The notes: generated by a model from the letters alone, not told the origin. 64,000 nucleotides of DNA from Octopus sinensis (GCF_006345805.1 NC_043004.1:98642001-98706000); one strand, 5' to 3'. Counted from the stretch's first letter, positions 1 to 13,071 are shown. Made by a program: numbers and translations.

Positions 1-171
1 GAAGTAAAAAGTTCCAATACTGGCCCAATACCTACACCCCAGATTCTTCAACTATTTATAAGAAAGGGGTTAATGGCAGGATAGGGATTCAGTTTTAAAA
101 TAAATTGTATAACAAAAAATACATAAATAAATTACTGCTCCAACGATGTAATTTTAGTATGTGTGTATGTA

Positions 172-208
<37 letters not shown>

Positions 209-358
209 GCAATGCAAACAATGGAAAATAATTTAAACACTCATTTTCTGATGTCTAAGGATGGATATTTATGCGTATGAATCTTTTTCTTTTTATTTTC
301 TTTGAAATATAATTCTAGGGAACTGAAAAAGCTGTGTACGATGCCAAGCGAATTTAGC

Positions 359-453
359 TGTTTACGATGAGCGGATGTTTACGTTACAAACGAATCTGTA
401 GGTCTGTTTACATGTTTACGTTAACTACGTCACAAAATAGCTGTTTACGTCAC
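359..453 (+). repeat. Cluster of five TGTTTAC motifs plus two TACGTCAC motifs
   Basis: TGTTTAC at 359, 376, 405, 413 and 442; TACGTCAC at 427 and 446, in a CpG-retaining patch. Confidence 0.6.
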
Positions 454-1477
454 AGTAACAATATTTTGAGAGGCAGTAAATAATATGAGGTCGAAAGAAA
501 GAATATCATTGGTTAAAATTCGAATTATTAAACAACGTTAAGCTTAGAAATTACAATTCCGTTTTCATTTTGGGTTACAATTATGTTTTCTTTTGACACA
601 TTCTACCAGTATACGAAGTTTCAAATTGTTTAGTTAACTAAGAAAATCTGGCCTTCAAACTGAAAAGATCCGAGGGCTGTACTAAGCTCTAGTGTCTGTA
701 TTGGTATGGTTTCTCTATGGTTGGCCACCTTTCATAGCAGCAGCCATTTTATAGAGGATATATAGAGTTGACATAAATATTTCAAAAGAGTGTACTGGGT
801 GCTTTTTTTTACTTGGCACAAGCAACAATGACGTCACCAAGTAACCTGTAGTACAAGAACCTTCAACTTTCACAGAGAGAATAAATTCACATAGATATGA
901 TGCCGTATGCATATTTATTCTCTAAAGACATAACAGTAATCAAATTTTCATCTGTTAGGAAGGGAAACTGCATTGCAAATATAGTTCTCTATGATCATAC
1001 CTCTTGCTCAAAGCATACAGCAGATATTGAATATATATATATATAAATATATATATATATTAATTATTCAAAAATATTCGAATGATAAAAGCTTTCTATG
1101 GAAATAAATGCGAAACTTCGCAGCTATTTCTGACATGACATTTACTCCTCAATGGCTAAAAGTTATAAATAAATTCTCGTTTGATTTGTGCAGAAATATT
1201 TCTATTACAATGCATACGCTGTTAATGCACTTTGAACCACCATGTTTGTAAATGCTGCAGTTCAGACCTGCATATGTCATATCTGTGTGTTTCTATGATA
1301 CATTATATTGGTAGGTATTAAAAACCAAAATAAATTGTATTTAATACATTATTGCTGTCACCAGCATAGATCTCACACTTTTAAATATATCCCATGATTA
1401 CAAGGCTCTTATCAATTTATTTGAAGAGTTACTCTCCATTTATGTGAATACACACACATATATATCTATGCATATGC

Positions 1478-1514
<37 letters not shown>

Positions 1515-1670
1515 CATGTATATATATATGTGTGTATCTATGCACAAATATATGTGTAAATATATATATATATGTACATATATATATATGTGTAAATATA
1601 TATAAATATATTAATATACATATATATATATATCTATATATAAATATATATATATATATATATGTAATAT

Positions 1671-1736
<66 letters not shown>

Positions 1737-1740
1737 GTAC

Positions 1741-1774
<34 letters not shown>

Positions 1775-2877
1775 GTGTAATATATGTATATATGTATATA
1801 TATGTGTAAATATATATAGACAAACATATATATACACACATACCTATAAATATACAAATATATATACATATATATATATAGGTACACATACATATATACA
1901 CATATATATATGCACACACACATACATATATATACATGTGTATGTATGTATATATTTGTATATATATATGCTGCATATATGCATGTGTGTATATATACAA
2001 ATTAGAATAAACCACAAAGCTATTTCTGTTGCATAACAACACCTCAGTAATCAAGTATTTCAACAACAGTATAGAAATCAAAATATGTAGTAAATTTACC
2101 AAGACTGACATTGCAGAATTTTACACATCACTTACAAAAATTCTTACATTAAAAGTCCTGAAAGATTATCAAAAACTCACCAGTATTAATTAGTGTAACT
2201 GATGTTAGTAACATAATATTTGTGTCAGTGAAAGGTAATTGACTATTTGATTCTGCTAAGAGCTACTGTAATTGACTCAGAGCCTGTGAGTTGTTGAGCC
2301 TGAACATTCCAGATGTTTTCTGATATTATTCGAAGGCTCCAGATCAGCAAGCCCATTTTATTGTCCCCGCAGGTTGGTATACTCATATGTAGAGAATATA
2401 GTAAGTTTTTCAATTATAAAAATTTATACAATATTTTTATGCCTGTTTGTGACATAGGTCATGTTTCTACTAACTTAAAACAGTTAGACTTGAATAAAAA
2501 ATCGTCCGGGTAATTGCTATTTGAATGGAAATTTTGTTTTCACTATAAAACACATATTGCTACATTTGTACCACCTCATTGAGACCCAACTACCCTCTAG
2601 CTTAAAAAATATAGAATACCTCATAAGTAATATAAACATCCTAAATTTAGTGGCAGCATTGATGAGGTTGTTATGCATTAATATAATGAGTTAAGCTTAT
2701 CTTTACCAATATATATCGAATTATACTTAGATATATACAAGATGTACAGGAATATAAGTGTTAGAACTTGTGAAATACCTGCAGAACTTTATCTTTGGAA
2801 ATTTTAGCCTGCTGCACTAAAACGTTTCTCCATCCCTGCTCTAGGTGTAGGGCTGTATAGTAATGATAGGCCTATGA

Positions 2878-3040
2878 TAGGTGTGTTTATGTCCCTTGTA
2901 ACTTAACAGTTCAGCAAAAGCAACCAATAGAATAAGTATTAGGCTTACAAAGAATAAGTCCTGGAGTAAATTTGTTCGACTAAAGGTGATGCTCCAGCAT
3001 GACCGCAGTCAAATGACTGAAACAAATAAAAGAAAAAAGA
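2878..3040 (+). mobile_element. SINE family A, 3' half
   Basis: Matches the 3' half of the full copies (ggtgatgctccagcatg..cagtcaaatgactgaaaca-A-rich tail). Confidence 0.8.
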
Positions 3041-3513
3041 ATATATATACATATATATATTATGTATATGTATCTATACTTATATATGTGTGCTAATGTA
3101 TGATCATTATTAACATCCTTTATTTAATGTCAATGATTCTATGCTGTGTGTGTAGAAACTCAAACTTAGCTATATTTTATTGACAGAAGAACGAGTCACA
3201 TTAAACTATCATCAATTCTCTTTGTTTGTATTTGGCTACATGTTTAGACAATGTCACCATACAGAAAAGTTACAGGTTTGCACCTTGGGCTGAAATTTTA
3301 TTGTAAAGCTATTCTTAGTTGTTGCAAATTCATAATTATTGGAGAATTTTGATAAAATATCTCCTTGTTTTTTTGTTTTTTTTTCCTATTCATCATTATT
3401 TGTTTGGTAACATCAGTTTCATTGTTATCATCATCATCCTCGTCCTCATTTTCTTCATCATCATCACCACCTTTGTTGTTGCTGTTTATGTTGATTAGCA
3501 TTAAATCACAAAA

Positions 3514-3557
<44 letters not shown>

Positions 3558-4021
3558 CTGGATGCTTGCATTTGATGGTGCCACAATTCTGGCAACAGAT
3601 ATATTCTGTAAATTATCTCTAAGCTGCATTAATTATTGTTGGTGCTCACAGGTAAAGAAAACATATTTGGGTTGATATTTTTCTTTGTTAAAGAATACAA
3701 ACAAGACAGTCAATTGTTTCTTTCCTATATGCCAAATTGCAGAATACAATTATGAGAAACATTCAGTAAAATGCTATCCTCATACCAACACATACAAGTA
3801 TCCATACATTTATAATATATGTGTATATATAAAACATACATATATATATACAGTAGGGGGAAATAAATATTCGTACATTTCAAAATTCTTTATTTAATTT
3901 CTAATGAACATAAATGGGATATACCAATACTATATTTGCATATACATGCATAAACTAAGAATATGCAAAAGAAACTAATAAATTATAGTAGCTAAGCCAT
4001 CTGGTTCTTTAGCCATTAGTG

Positions 4022-4081
4022 AAATCGTCCAACCCATGCTAGCATGGAAAGCGGACGTTAAATGATGATGATGATGATGAT
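4022..4081 (+). mobile_element. RTE LINE extreme 3' tip
   Basis: cgtccaacccatgctagcatggaaagcggacgttaaa(tga)n, same as the 3' end of the 7218-8992 element. Confidence 0.85.
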
Positions 4082-4507
4082 ACATAAATACGTACTTACA
4101 AAAATACCCTATTATTGATGTTGAAATTCCAATGAAGGAGCCTTGGATCTAGGTTAGAAATTGACTTGTTCTCTACTGGCAAGAAATCTTGAAATAAAAC
4201 TGGAAAATGACACATAATACATACATACATGCATACATACATACATACATACATACATACATGCATACATACATACATGCATACATACATGCATACATAC
4301 ATACATGCATACATAAAAAGGTTCAATATTGTTCCTGTCAATATAGTAAGTAGTTCAGTTTTCTGATTTTTTTAATCTCTTTTGCAAATGTTCTTTGCTA
4401 TTTCATCCCTATATACGTTAATCCTAGGCTGTGAAGAAAATAAAGTCATGAGTAGTAGTTCACTCTACATAGAACAAGTTCATAATACAGTGTCAACATT
4501 ATTATTA

Positions 4508-4648
4508 GTCCTCTTTCATCTTGTCAGGACCCAGAAAAATGCGTCCACAAATATATGTCCGACTCATAAGTATACTCAAGAAATCTGAATTGTTTCCATG
4601 TTAGGGACAAAGTATAAAATTTCTTGAGTGTTCCTCTGCGTAAAATAT
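4508..4648 (-). repeat. Inverted copy of 5309-5447 (and of its duplicate near 5979-6117)
   Basis: About 140 bp reverse complement with only scattered mismatches. Confidence 0.9.
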
Positions 4649-4997
4649 CAGGGATATTAACAATATGATAATTATGCTCATTCACACATATATGGCATGT
4701 AGGTCTCCATAGAAAGTACAAATGCTTTTGTTTATCCCTATTTCCAACTTCAGTTTCGTATAATCTGCATAACTATCAAGTGTAACTGATTCTGTGTTTT
4801 TATGTATATCTGATATATGTACATATGTATATCTGATATATGTACATATGTATATCTGATATATGTACATATGTATGCATGCATGTATGTATATATGTGT
4901 GTTGTGGATATATATATATATATATATATGTGTGTATACACACACATATATACATATTACATACATACATACATATGTTTGTATGCATTTATGCGTG

Positions 4998-5022
<25 letters not shown>

Positions 5023-5028
<6 letters not shown>

Positions 5029-6323
5029 AGGTTTGGAGATGATGTATAGGTATTTTATATTAGAAGAAATGAGGTACTGAGAAATCTGGATGGTTTTATA
5101 TTTACAGATATTTATTTGTATATTACATGTTTTTATACATCATATAACTTAGATCATGTATTAGCACTTTCTCCCATTCTAGTGGGGTTTTCAAATCAAA
5201 CTAAGTTAAACTTAGTATAAAAACATGTAATATACAAATAAATATCTGTAAATATAAAACCATCCGATTTTCTGAGTACCTCATTTCTTCTAATATATAT
5301 ATATATATATATTTTACACAGAGGAACACTCATGAAATGCTATACTTTGCCCCTAACATGGAAACAATTCAGATTTCTTGAGTATATTTATGAGTCGGAC
5401 ATATTTGTGGATGCATTTTTCTGGGTCCTGTCAAGATGAAAGAGGACAATCATTGGTTTATTATTGTTATTTTATTTTTTATATTTTTATTATAAGTAAT
5501 TTTGTAGATGGTATATTTTAATTATTCATTTTGAATTGATAAAAGGTGGGTTTTTTTCTCATTTTATGTATATATTATATTTTGTGAAATTTGATTTAGT
5601 ATTCTAAATTAAATTTTTCCCTGTATGTTAGGAATAATATTCTCTCAAATAATTACTATATATATATATATTATATATATATATATATATATTGGAAGGT
5701 TTGGAGATGATGTATAGGTATTTTATATTAGAAGAAATGAGGTACTGAGAAATCTGGATGGTTTTATATTTACAGATATTTATTTGTATATTACATGTTT
5801 TTATACATCATATAACTTAGATCATGTATTAGCACTTTCTCCCATTCTAGTGGGGTTTTCAAATCAAACTAAGTTAAACTTAGTATAAAAACATGTAATA
5901 TACAAATAAATATCTGTAAATATAAAACCATCCGATTTTCTGAGTACCTCATTTCTTCTAATATATATATATATATATATTTTACACAGAGGAACACTCA
6001 TGAAATGCTATACTTTGCCCCTAACATGGAAACAATTCAGATTTCTTGAGTATATTTATGAGTCGGACATATATTTGTGGATGCATTTTTCTGGGTCCTG
6101 TCAAGATGAAAGAGGACAATCATTGGTTTATTATTGTTATTTTATTTTTTATATTTTTATTATAAGTAATTTTGTAGATGGTATATTTTAATTATTCATT
6201 TTGAATTGATAAAAGGTGGGTTTTTTTCTCATTTTATGTATATATTATATTTTGTGAAATTTGATTTAGTATTCTAAATTAAATTTTTCCCTGTATGTTA
6301 GGAATAATATTCTCTCAAATAAT

Positions 6324-6326
<3 letters not shown>
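5023..6326 (+). repeat. Near-identical tandem duplication, unit about 668 bp (5023-5656 / 5691-6326), bounded by (TA)n
   Basis: Direct reading; the two units appear to differ mainly in internal (TA)n length. Confidence 0.95.
5056..5297. repeat. Fold-back with 83-nt arms (5056-5138 / 5215-5297); second copy at 5724-5965
   Basis: Arms are reverse complements with few mismatches. Confidence 0.9.
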
Positions 6327-6366
<40 letters not shown>

Positions 6367-6419
6367 ATATATAATATATATATACATACATATATATACA
6401 TATATATATATACATATAT

Positions 6420-6451
<32 letters not shown>

Positions 6452-6545
6452 ATATATACATATATATATACATATATATATATACAAATATATATATATA
6501 CATATATATATACATATATACATACATACATATATATATACATAT

Positions 6546-6578
<33 letters not shown>

Positions 6579-6815
6579 AAACACACATATATATATAAAA
6601 CAATATTCAAAAGTGAACGGGTGTGTACTTATATGTATGTATACATACATATACATACACACACACACATTTATTTTTGGAAATTGTTTTAGATTTTTTA
6701 ATAGACTTTTTGCTTAACATAACATTTTAACGCATGTGTATACTGTTAACTAACTATTCTCCTCACATTATCTTCAAACTTCTAGCTCTTTCTCAAGTTC
6801 ATCTTTTATCATATC

Positions 6816-6876
<61 letters not shown>

Positions 6877-6980
6877 ATATGTATATATATTTGTATGCAT
6901 ACTTTTGCATTTATATTTCTTTACACTTTTTGGAATTTCATACATATATGGTTTCCAAGAGATAGATATTTATGGGTTTA

Positions 6981-7013
<33 letters not shown>

Positions 7014-7217
7014 GTGTGTAAGTATGTATGTGCCAGTTTCGTTGTATCTTTAATGATTCTGCTACCTTGTGTGATAAAATTAGATATATTCTAATGTATG
7101 CATATGTGCCTTTACTTGTGATTGTGTATGCAAGTTTGTATGACTGTATGCAAGTAAGTATGACTATGTGAGTTTGTCCATGTGTAAGCTTGTGTAAGTA
7201 TCAATGTGTGTGTAGTT

Positions 7218-8992
7218 TCACAGTGAAGAATTCCGGGTAGAGGTTGGGGTCCACCAAGGTTCAGTCCTCAGCCCCCTCCTATTTATCATAGTCCTCCAGG
7301 CAATAACGGAAGAATTTAAGACAGGATGCCCCTGGGAGCTCCTCTATGCTGATGACCTTGCTCTAATTGCTGAGTCACTATCAGAACTGGAGGAGAAGTT
7401 TCAGGTGTGGAAACAAGGATTAGAATCGAAGGGCCTTAGAATCAACCTAGCCAAAACAAAGTCCTAATAAGTAGGAAGGTGGACCAACCACAAACGACTT
7501 CAGGTAGATGGCCCTGCTCGATCTGTAAAAAAGGTGTAGGTAGAAACTCTATAAGGTGCACCAAGTGTAAGCTATGGACACATAAGAGGTGCAGCAATGT
7601 CAAGGGAAGGCTAACTAAGAAAATAGTTTTTGTCTGTGGCATCTGCCACAGGAGCAATAAACACTGGAAATGTGCAGAGTCCAACTTCTACCACGTTCCA
7701 GGGAGACAAACTAGAAGTAGTTGATAGCTTCCGCTACCTAGGAGACCAAGTCAGTAGCGGGGGTGGGTGTGCTGAAAGCGTAACTGCTAGAGTAAGAATA
7801 GCCTGGGCAAAGTTTAGAGAGCTCTTACCCCTGCTGGTGACAAAAGGTCTCTCGCTAAGAGTAAAAGGCAGACTATATGATGCGTGTGTACGTACAGCCA
7901 TGCTACATGGTAGTGAAACATGGGCCGTGACAGCTGAGGATATGCGTAAGCTTGCAAGAAATGAAGCCAGTATGCTCCGATGGATGTGTAATGTCAGTGT
8001 TCATAATCGTCAGAGTGTAAGTACTTGAGAGAAAAGTTGAACCTAAGAAGTGTCAGTTGTGGTGTGCAAGAGAGACGGCTGCGCTGGTATGGTCATGTGA
8101 CGAGAATGGCTGAAGATAGTTGTGTGCAAAAGTGCTACCACCTAGCAGTTGAGGGAACCTGTGGAAGAGGTAGACCCAGGAAAACCTGGGACGAGGTGGT
8201 GAAGCACGACCTTCGAACTTTAGGTCTCACCAAGGAAATGACTGAAGACCGAGTCCTATGGAAGTGTGCTGTGCATGAGAGGACCCGGCAGGACTAGTCA
8301 GGCCATATCCCGTGGCCCCTACCTGGGACGTAGTCGATCCACCTGTGCATACCTTCCTTCTTGTGACACTTGTGAAGACCTGCTGAGGCAAGTGAAAATC
8401 AATCAAAATAGATGAACATCAATGGAATTAGTATCTTTGTGGTACCAGTGCCTGTGGCACACAAGAAAACCATCCGAACATGGCCGTAGCCAGTACCGCA
8501 TCGACTGGCCTCCGTGCTGTGGGCACGTAACAAGCACCATCCGATCGTGGCCGTTTGCCAGCCTCATAAAAACACCATCCGAGCGTGGCCGTCTGCCAGC
8601 CTCGTCTGGCACCTGTGTCGGTGGCACATAAAAACACCATCCGAGCGTGGCCGTCTGCCAGCCTCGTCTGGCACCTGTGTCGGTGGCACATAAAAAACAC
8701 CATCCGCGTGGCCGTCTGCCAGCCTCGTCTGGCACCTGTGTCGGTGGCACATAAAAAACACCATCCGAGCGTGGCCGTTTGCCAGCCTCGTCTGGCACCT
8801 GTGTCGGTGGCACATAAAATCACCCACTACACTCTCGGAGTGGTTGGCGTTAGGAAGGGCATCCAGCTGTAGAAACACTGCCAGATCTGACTGGACTGGT
8901 GCAGCTTTCGGGCTCCCCAGACCCCAGTTGAACCGTCCAACCCATGCTAGCATGGAAAGCGGACGTTAATTGATGATGATGATGATGATGAT
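7218..8992 (+). mobile_element. 5'-truncated RTE-clade LINE: RT C-terminal half (frameshifted), 3' UTR and (GAT)n tail
   Basis: Translates to VGVHQGSVLSPLLF..LLYADDL (RT core), EVVDSFRYLG, LHGSETWA, RRLRWYGHV, GRGRPRKTW; frameshifts near 7465, 7650 and 8025. Confidence 0.95.
8575..8822 (+). repeat. About four tandem copies of a ~61-bp unit in the RTE 3' UTR
   Basis: aaaacaccatccgagcgtggccgtctgccagcctcgtctggcacctgtgtcggtggcacat repeated. Confidence 0.9.
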
Positions 8993-9077
8993 GTGTTATG
9001 GTTGTGTACATGTGCATACATTCTCCAATATCTTTTACAGTATACGAGTGCCAACAAATAACGGAATATGTATGTAT

Positions 9078-9282
9078 ATAAGGTGCTGAGCTGGCAGAAG
9101 CATTAGCATGCCGGTTATTCATCTGTCTTTGTGTTCTGAGTTGAAATTCCGCCGAGGTCGACTTTGCCTTTCATCCTTTTGGGGTTGATAGATTAAGCAC
9201 CAGTTGTGTACTGGAGTCGATCTAATCAATTAGCCCCACTCTCCCTAAAAATTTCAGGCCTTGCACCTAGAATAGAAAAGAA
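9078..9282 (+). mobile_element. SINE family B
   Basis: gagctggcagaa..ttagca head and gagttgaaattccgccgaggtcgactttgcctttcatcc core. Confidence 0.8.
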
Positions 9283-9389
9283 TATGTATTATTTACACCT
9301 TCCCGAGCATCAAACTAATATACCTGCTTGTGGTTTACACACATGTCTTCATTTTTGGTTTTCTTTAAATTTCAACTATATATATATAT

Positions 9390-9703
9390 ATATATTATTA
9401 TTTGAGGGAATAAAATCCAAACTTACAAGGAAAAAATTATTCAATTTAGAAATACTAAATCAAATTTCACACAATATAATATATATATAAAAAATTAGAA
9501 AAAAACACCTTTTATCAATTCAAAATGAACAAATGAATTGCATCATCTAGAAAATTGCATAGAATAGAAAAATTAAAATTAAAATAACAATAAAATTTCA
9601 AAGATTAAGTAAATTGCAAAAAATAAGAAGAAAAACCTATTATATACGTTTTTATTATTATTTTTTGCAATTTACTTAATCATTGACATTTTATTGTTAT
9701 TTT
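9390..9703 (-). mobile_element. AT-rich element end with terminal fold-back (9581-9636 / 9648-9703)
   Basis: Arms are reverse complements; the end motif tttttcc(c/t)tgtaa..tttggat(t)tattccct is shared with 5590-5656 and 54790-54840. Confidence 0.65.
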
Positions 9704-9711
9704 ACAAATCG

Positions 9712-10132
9712 AAATCGATCCACATCAATGGAATTTGTAGTTTGTGGTACCAGTGCCGGTGGCACATAAGAGAACCATCCGAATGTGGCTGTAGCCAGCA
9801 CCGCATCGACTGGCCTCCATGCTGGTGGCATGTAACAAACACCATCCAATCGTCGCCGTGCCAGCCCGACTGGCCTCCGTGCCAGTGGCACGTAAAAAAC
9901 ACCATCCAAGCGTGGCCGTTCGCCAGCCTCGTCTGGCACATGTGTCGGTGGCACATAAAAAGCACCCACTACACTCACGGAGTGGTTGGCGTTAGGAAGG
10001 GCATCCAGCTGTAGAAACACTGCCAGATCTGACTGGCCTGGTACAGCCTTCGGGCTTCCCAGACCCCAGTTAAACCGTCCAACCCATGCTAGCATGGAAA
10101 GCGGACGTTAAACGATGATGATGATGATGATG
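9712..10132 (+). mobile_element. RTE LINE 3' UTR fragment with (GAT)n tail
   Basis: Homologous to 8405-8992. Confidence 0.9.
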
Positions 10133-10282
10133 ATATATATATATATATATTCTTTTTATTTATGCTTCATATCAGCTATTTAACTACTGGGTTTGGCAAA
10201 AAGTCCGTTCAAGCACTCTGATAAGCACCTAACTTCAATCTGCCTCTTGTGCATGTGCACTCATTAGACACTTGACATTTAA

Positions 10283-10830
10283 CCCTTTTGATACCAACTA
10301 ACCATTTTGATACTTGGCTCTACGATACAAACTTCTTAGTTTTAAGGTTATTGAAATTAAAACAATTGCAGCATGGAAGGTGTTTATAAGCCATTTAAGA
10401 AACACACAAAAACCGATAGATTCACTTCAAATTTTAAATTTAATTTGCCAAAATATTTTCGGCGCTTTGAGACCTTGACCTGTTCGCTGACTAAATTCTG
10501 TGAATTTTGTCAGTGTACAGGTTCCGGTCTCAAAGCGACGATACTTTGGCAAATTAAATTTAAATGTTGAAGTGAATCTAATGGATTTTGTGTGTTTCTT
10601 AAATGGCTTATAAACACTTTCCATGCTGCAATTGTTTTCGTTCCAGCATACGATCTCAGATCAGGTCACTTGCTATGCAAGTACATCTGAAAATAAAACC
10701 TTTCATCAAAATTTAATGTTAATCAATGTTTCAAATACCAGATTAATAATGACAGTTATTTTGCTAAATTTTTCATTATTTTCAAAATTAATTGAAATCA
10801 AAGCTTTTCATCAATTTGGATGTGTACTGT
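10283..10830 (+). mobile_element. piggyBac-like non-autonomous element (right end not found) containing a ~280-bp palindrome (10359-10638)
   Basis: TTAA at 10279 followed by CCCTTTTGATACC; palindrome centred near 10500; partial copies at 24530-24790 and 25105-25290. Confidence 0.55.
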
Positions 10831-10963
10831 GACTATATTTATTCAATCAATATCATCGATTGAATAAATTACTTCGTTTTTCAAACTTGTGCCTTATTTT
10901 CAATGAAAGAAACCAAAAGCACATTTTGGCCAACCCAATATATTTAAATCTTAATCAACTATA

Positions 10964-11125
10964 GATGCAGGAGGGGCTGTGTGGTAAGTAGCTTGCTTAC
11001 CAACCACATGGTTCCGGGTTCAGTTTCACTGCATGGCACCTTGGGCAAGTGTCTTCTACTATAGCATCGGGCCGACCAAAGCCTTGTGAGTGGATTTGGT
11101 AGATGGAAACTGAAAGAAGCCCGTT
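10964..11125 (+). mobile_element. SINE family A, 5' half, interrupting the mariner relic
   Basis: Family A head through gaaactgaaagaagccc. Confidence 0.85.
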
Positions 11126-11129
11126 GCTT

Positions 11130-11736
11130 TTAACTCATCCAGTTGTGTGCAGTATTTCTCAGAATTAATTGTCTGGTTAATTGGGAGAAGCTCATAGTAC
11201 AGAATACCTTTCCAATCCCACCAGACACAAGGCAAGGCTTTTTTAGGTCACAACCTGCTTTTGGGGTGGCTAAGGGTGGCTCATGTCGCTTACTCCAGGA
11301 TCGCTTTTTCTGAACATTTTGGTAGATAATCCATTTCTCATCACCTGTCACAATTTGCTTTAAAAATGGTGCATTATCATTCTGTTTATAAAGTGAATCA
11401 CAGATGGAAATGCAATCCAAAAGGTTCTTCTCACTCAACTCATGTGGTACCCAAACACTGTAGTGATTTGTGTACCCAAGCTTTACCAGGTGTTCATGAA
11501 TGATGGATTTTGATAGGCTGAGGCTTTCTGCCAATTCTCGGGTTGTGCAATGTGGGTTATTCTCAATCAATGACTTGATTTAGTCATCATCTGTAGTGGA
11601 TGATCTGCTGATCGCTCTTCCTCAATAAGGTTACAATCTCTAACTCAGAACCTTGCAAAGCAGTTCCATACAGCTCTTTCGGGTTAAGAAACATCACCGT
11701 AAACTGCGTATATTTCTTTGGTTGCTTGTGAGGCAT
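11130..11736 (-). pseudogene. Mariner (Tc1/mariner, DD34D-type) transposase fragment
   Basis: HTH-like TTRELAESLSLSKSIIHEHL, WVPHEL linker and IVTGDEKWI first catalytic Asp; stops upstream and frameshift downstream. Confidence 0.92.
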
Positions 11737-11977
11737 TTTTGCCTTTACAGAAAAAGAAAAGCATCAAGTGCTAAATATGAACTTTCTTATCTTCCATTTT
11801 AAAGGGTTACAGAATTGACACAGATTATAAGGATATAAACCTTCTTCCATAAAAAGATAGCTTAAACTGTGCTCTAAATGGAGGTGTAGTCAAATCCCCC
11901 ATTTAGACTCAACCATGTTCTAAAATAAGTCAACAGGTAAGCTACTATAAATTGGCACAAACTTTCCAGACAACCAA

Positions 11978-12012
<35 letters not shown>

Positions 12013-12114
12013 TTTTTATATTTGGATATATTTGGGGTACTTAAGTCTGCTCGGGACTTGGTGCTTGCTTCTTCCATGGGTATGAATAAGTATTTCATTT
12101 ATATCTCGCATATG

Positions 12115-12173
12115 TGCCGCTGAAGAGGGGAAAATTTCTTGTGAATTAACCCTGAAATTGGACCAATACGGTA
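12115..12173 (+). ncRNA. Type-I hammerhead ribozyme, intact core
   Basis: tgccg CTGAAGA gggg..ccct GAAA ttgg-a-ccaa TA cggta: stem I 5 bp, stem II 4+ bp, stem III 5 bp; predicted cleavage after A12168. Confidence 0.85.
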
Positions 12174-13071
12174 ATAACGAATTTTTTAGAGCTTTCTATT
12201 GGTATGTTTCAAGACGCATAAATTTAATGGTTATCGACAATTTTTTTTTGTTTCAGTGTATCTGGTATTAGTATTTTTATTCTGCCCTTATCTTGTAAAT
12301 TATGTATAAATTTTACCTTTAAAGGCATTTTTTGATATGCTGGCCATTGATAAAATTTTTTTCAGGAAAAAAATTTTATCCTATATCAATTATATACACA
12401 TATATATATACATATACAATGATCACTTTGCACTTAAGATTAATGTGTTTCACTAATAAACATTATAATAGTCAAAATATGATCATTGATTTGCCATTTG
12501 GCTCTAACCATAAACTGAGTTCCAACTTACATAGACTTCAGTTTTCTCAAAATTTTTGGATTATATAACGTTATGGGAGTTGTCTCCCTTACTTGCATTT
12601 TAAATGTCAATACATTTAAAAGGTAGCTTAGTATTCTTAATGCAGGGATAAACTCAATTATTTCGCGTTTTTCAAATCACTATAGATCATATATGTGTAT
12701 GAATATCTGAATGCTGAAATTATGCATGCGTGGGTGTTTACACACACACATAAAAACAGTTATCTGTCAACCTATCCATCTATCTAGCGGTCTATAAACC
12801 TACACATATATATTTGTGGGCATGCGTGCATATATGTGTATGTGTGTGTGTGTATGTGTATACATATATATGTTTATAAATATTTAATGAATATATGTAT
12901 GTATATAAATATATCATATATATGTATGTATATATATATATATATACATACATATATACATTATTTATATATGTATATATCTATATAAATTTATATTATA
13001 TATGTATGTATATGTATATGTATATATATGTATCTATATAAATATATGTGTGTGTTTGTATATATATATAT

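Noticed and set aside
1429-2111. YIYI/ICIC-type ORFs here and throughout the window
   Set aside because: They are (TA)n/(CA)n microsatellite artefacts.
8575-8822. CRISPR-like appearance of the 61-bp repeats and of the 30 kb array
   Set aside because: There are no unique spacers, the context is eukaryotic, and the 61-bp repeats are part of the RTE 3' UTR.
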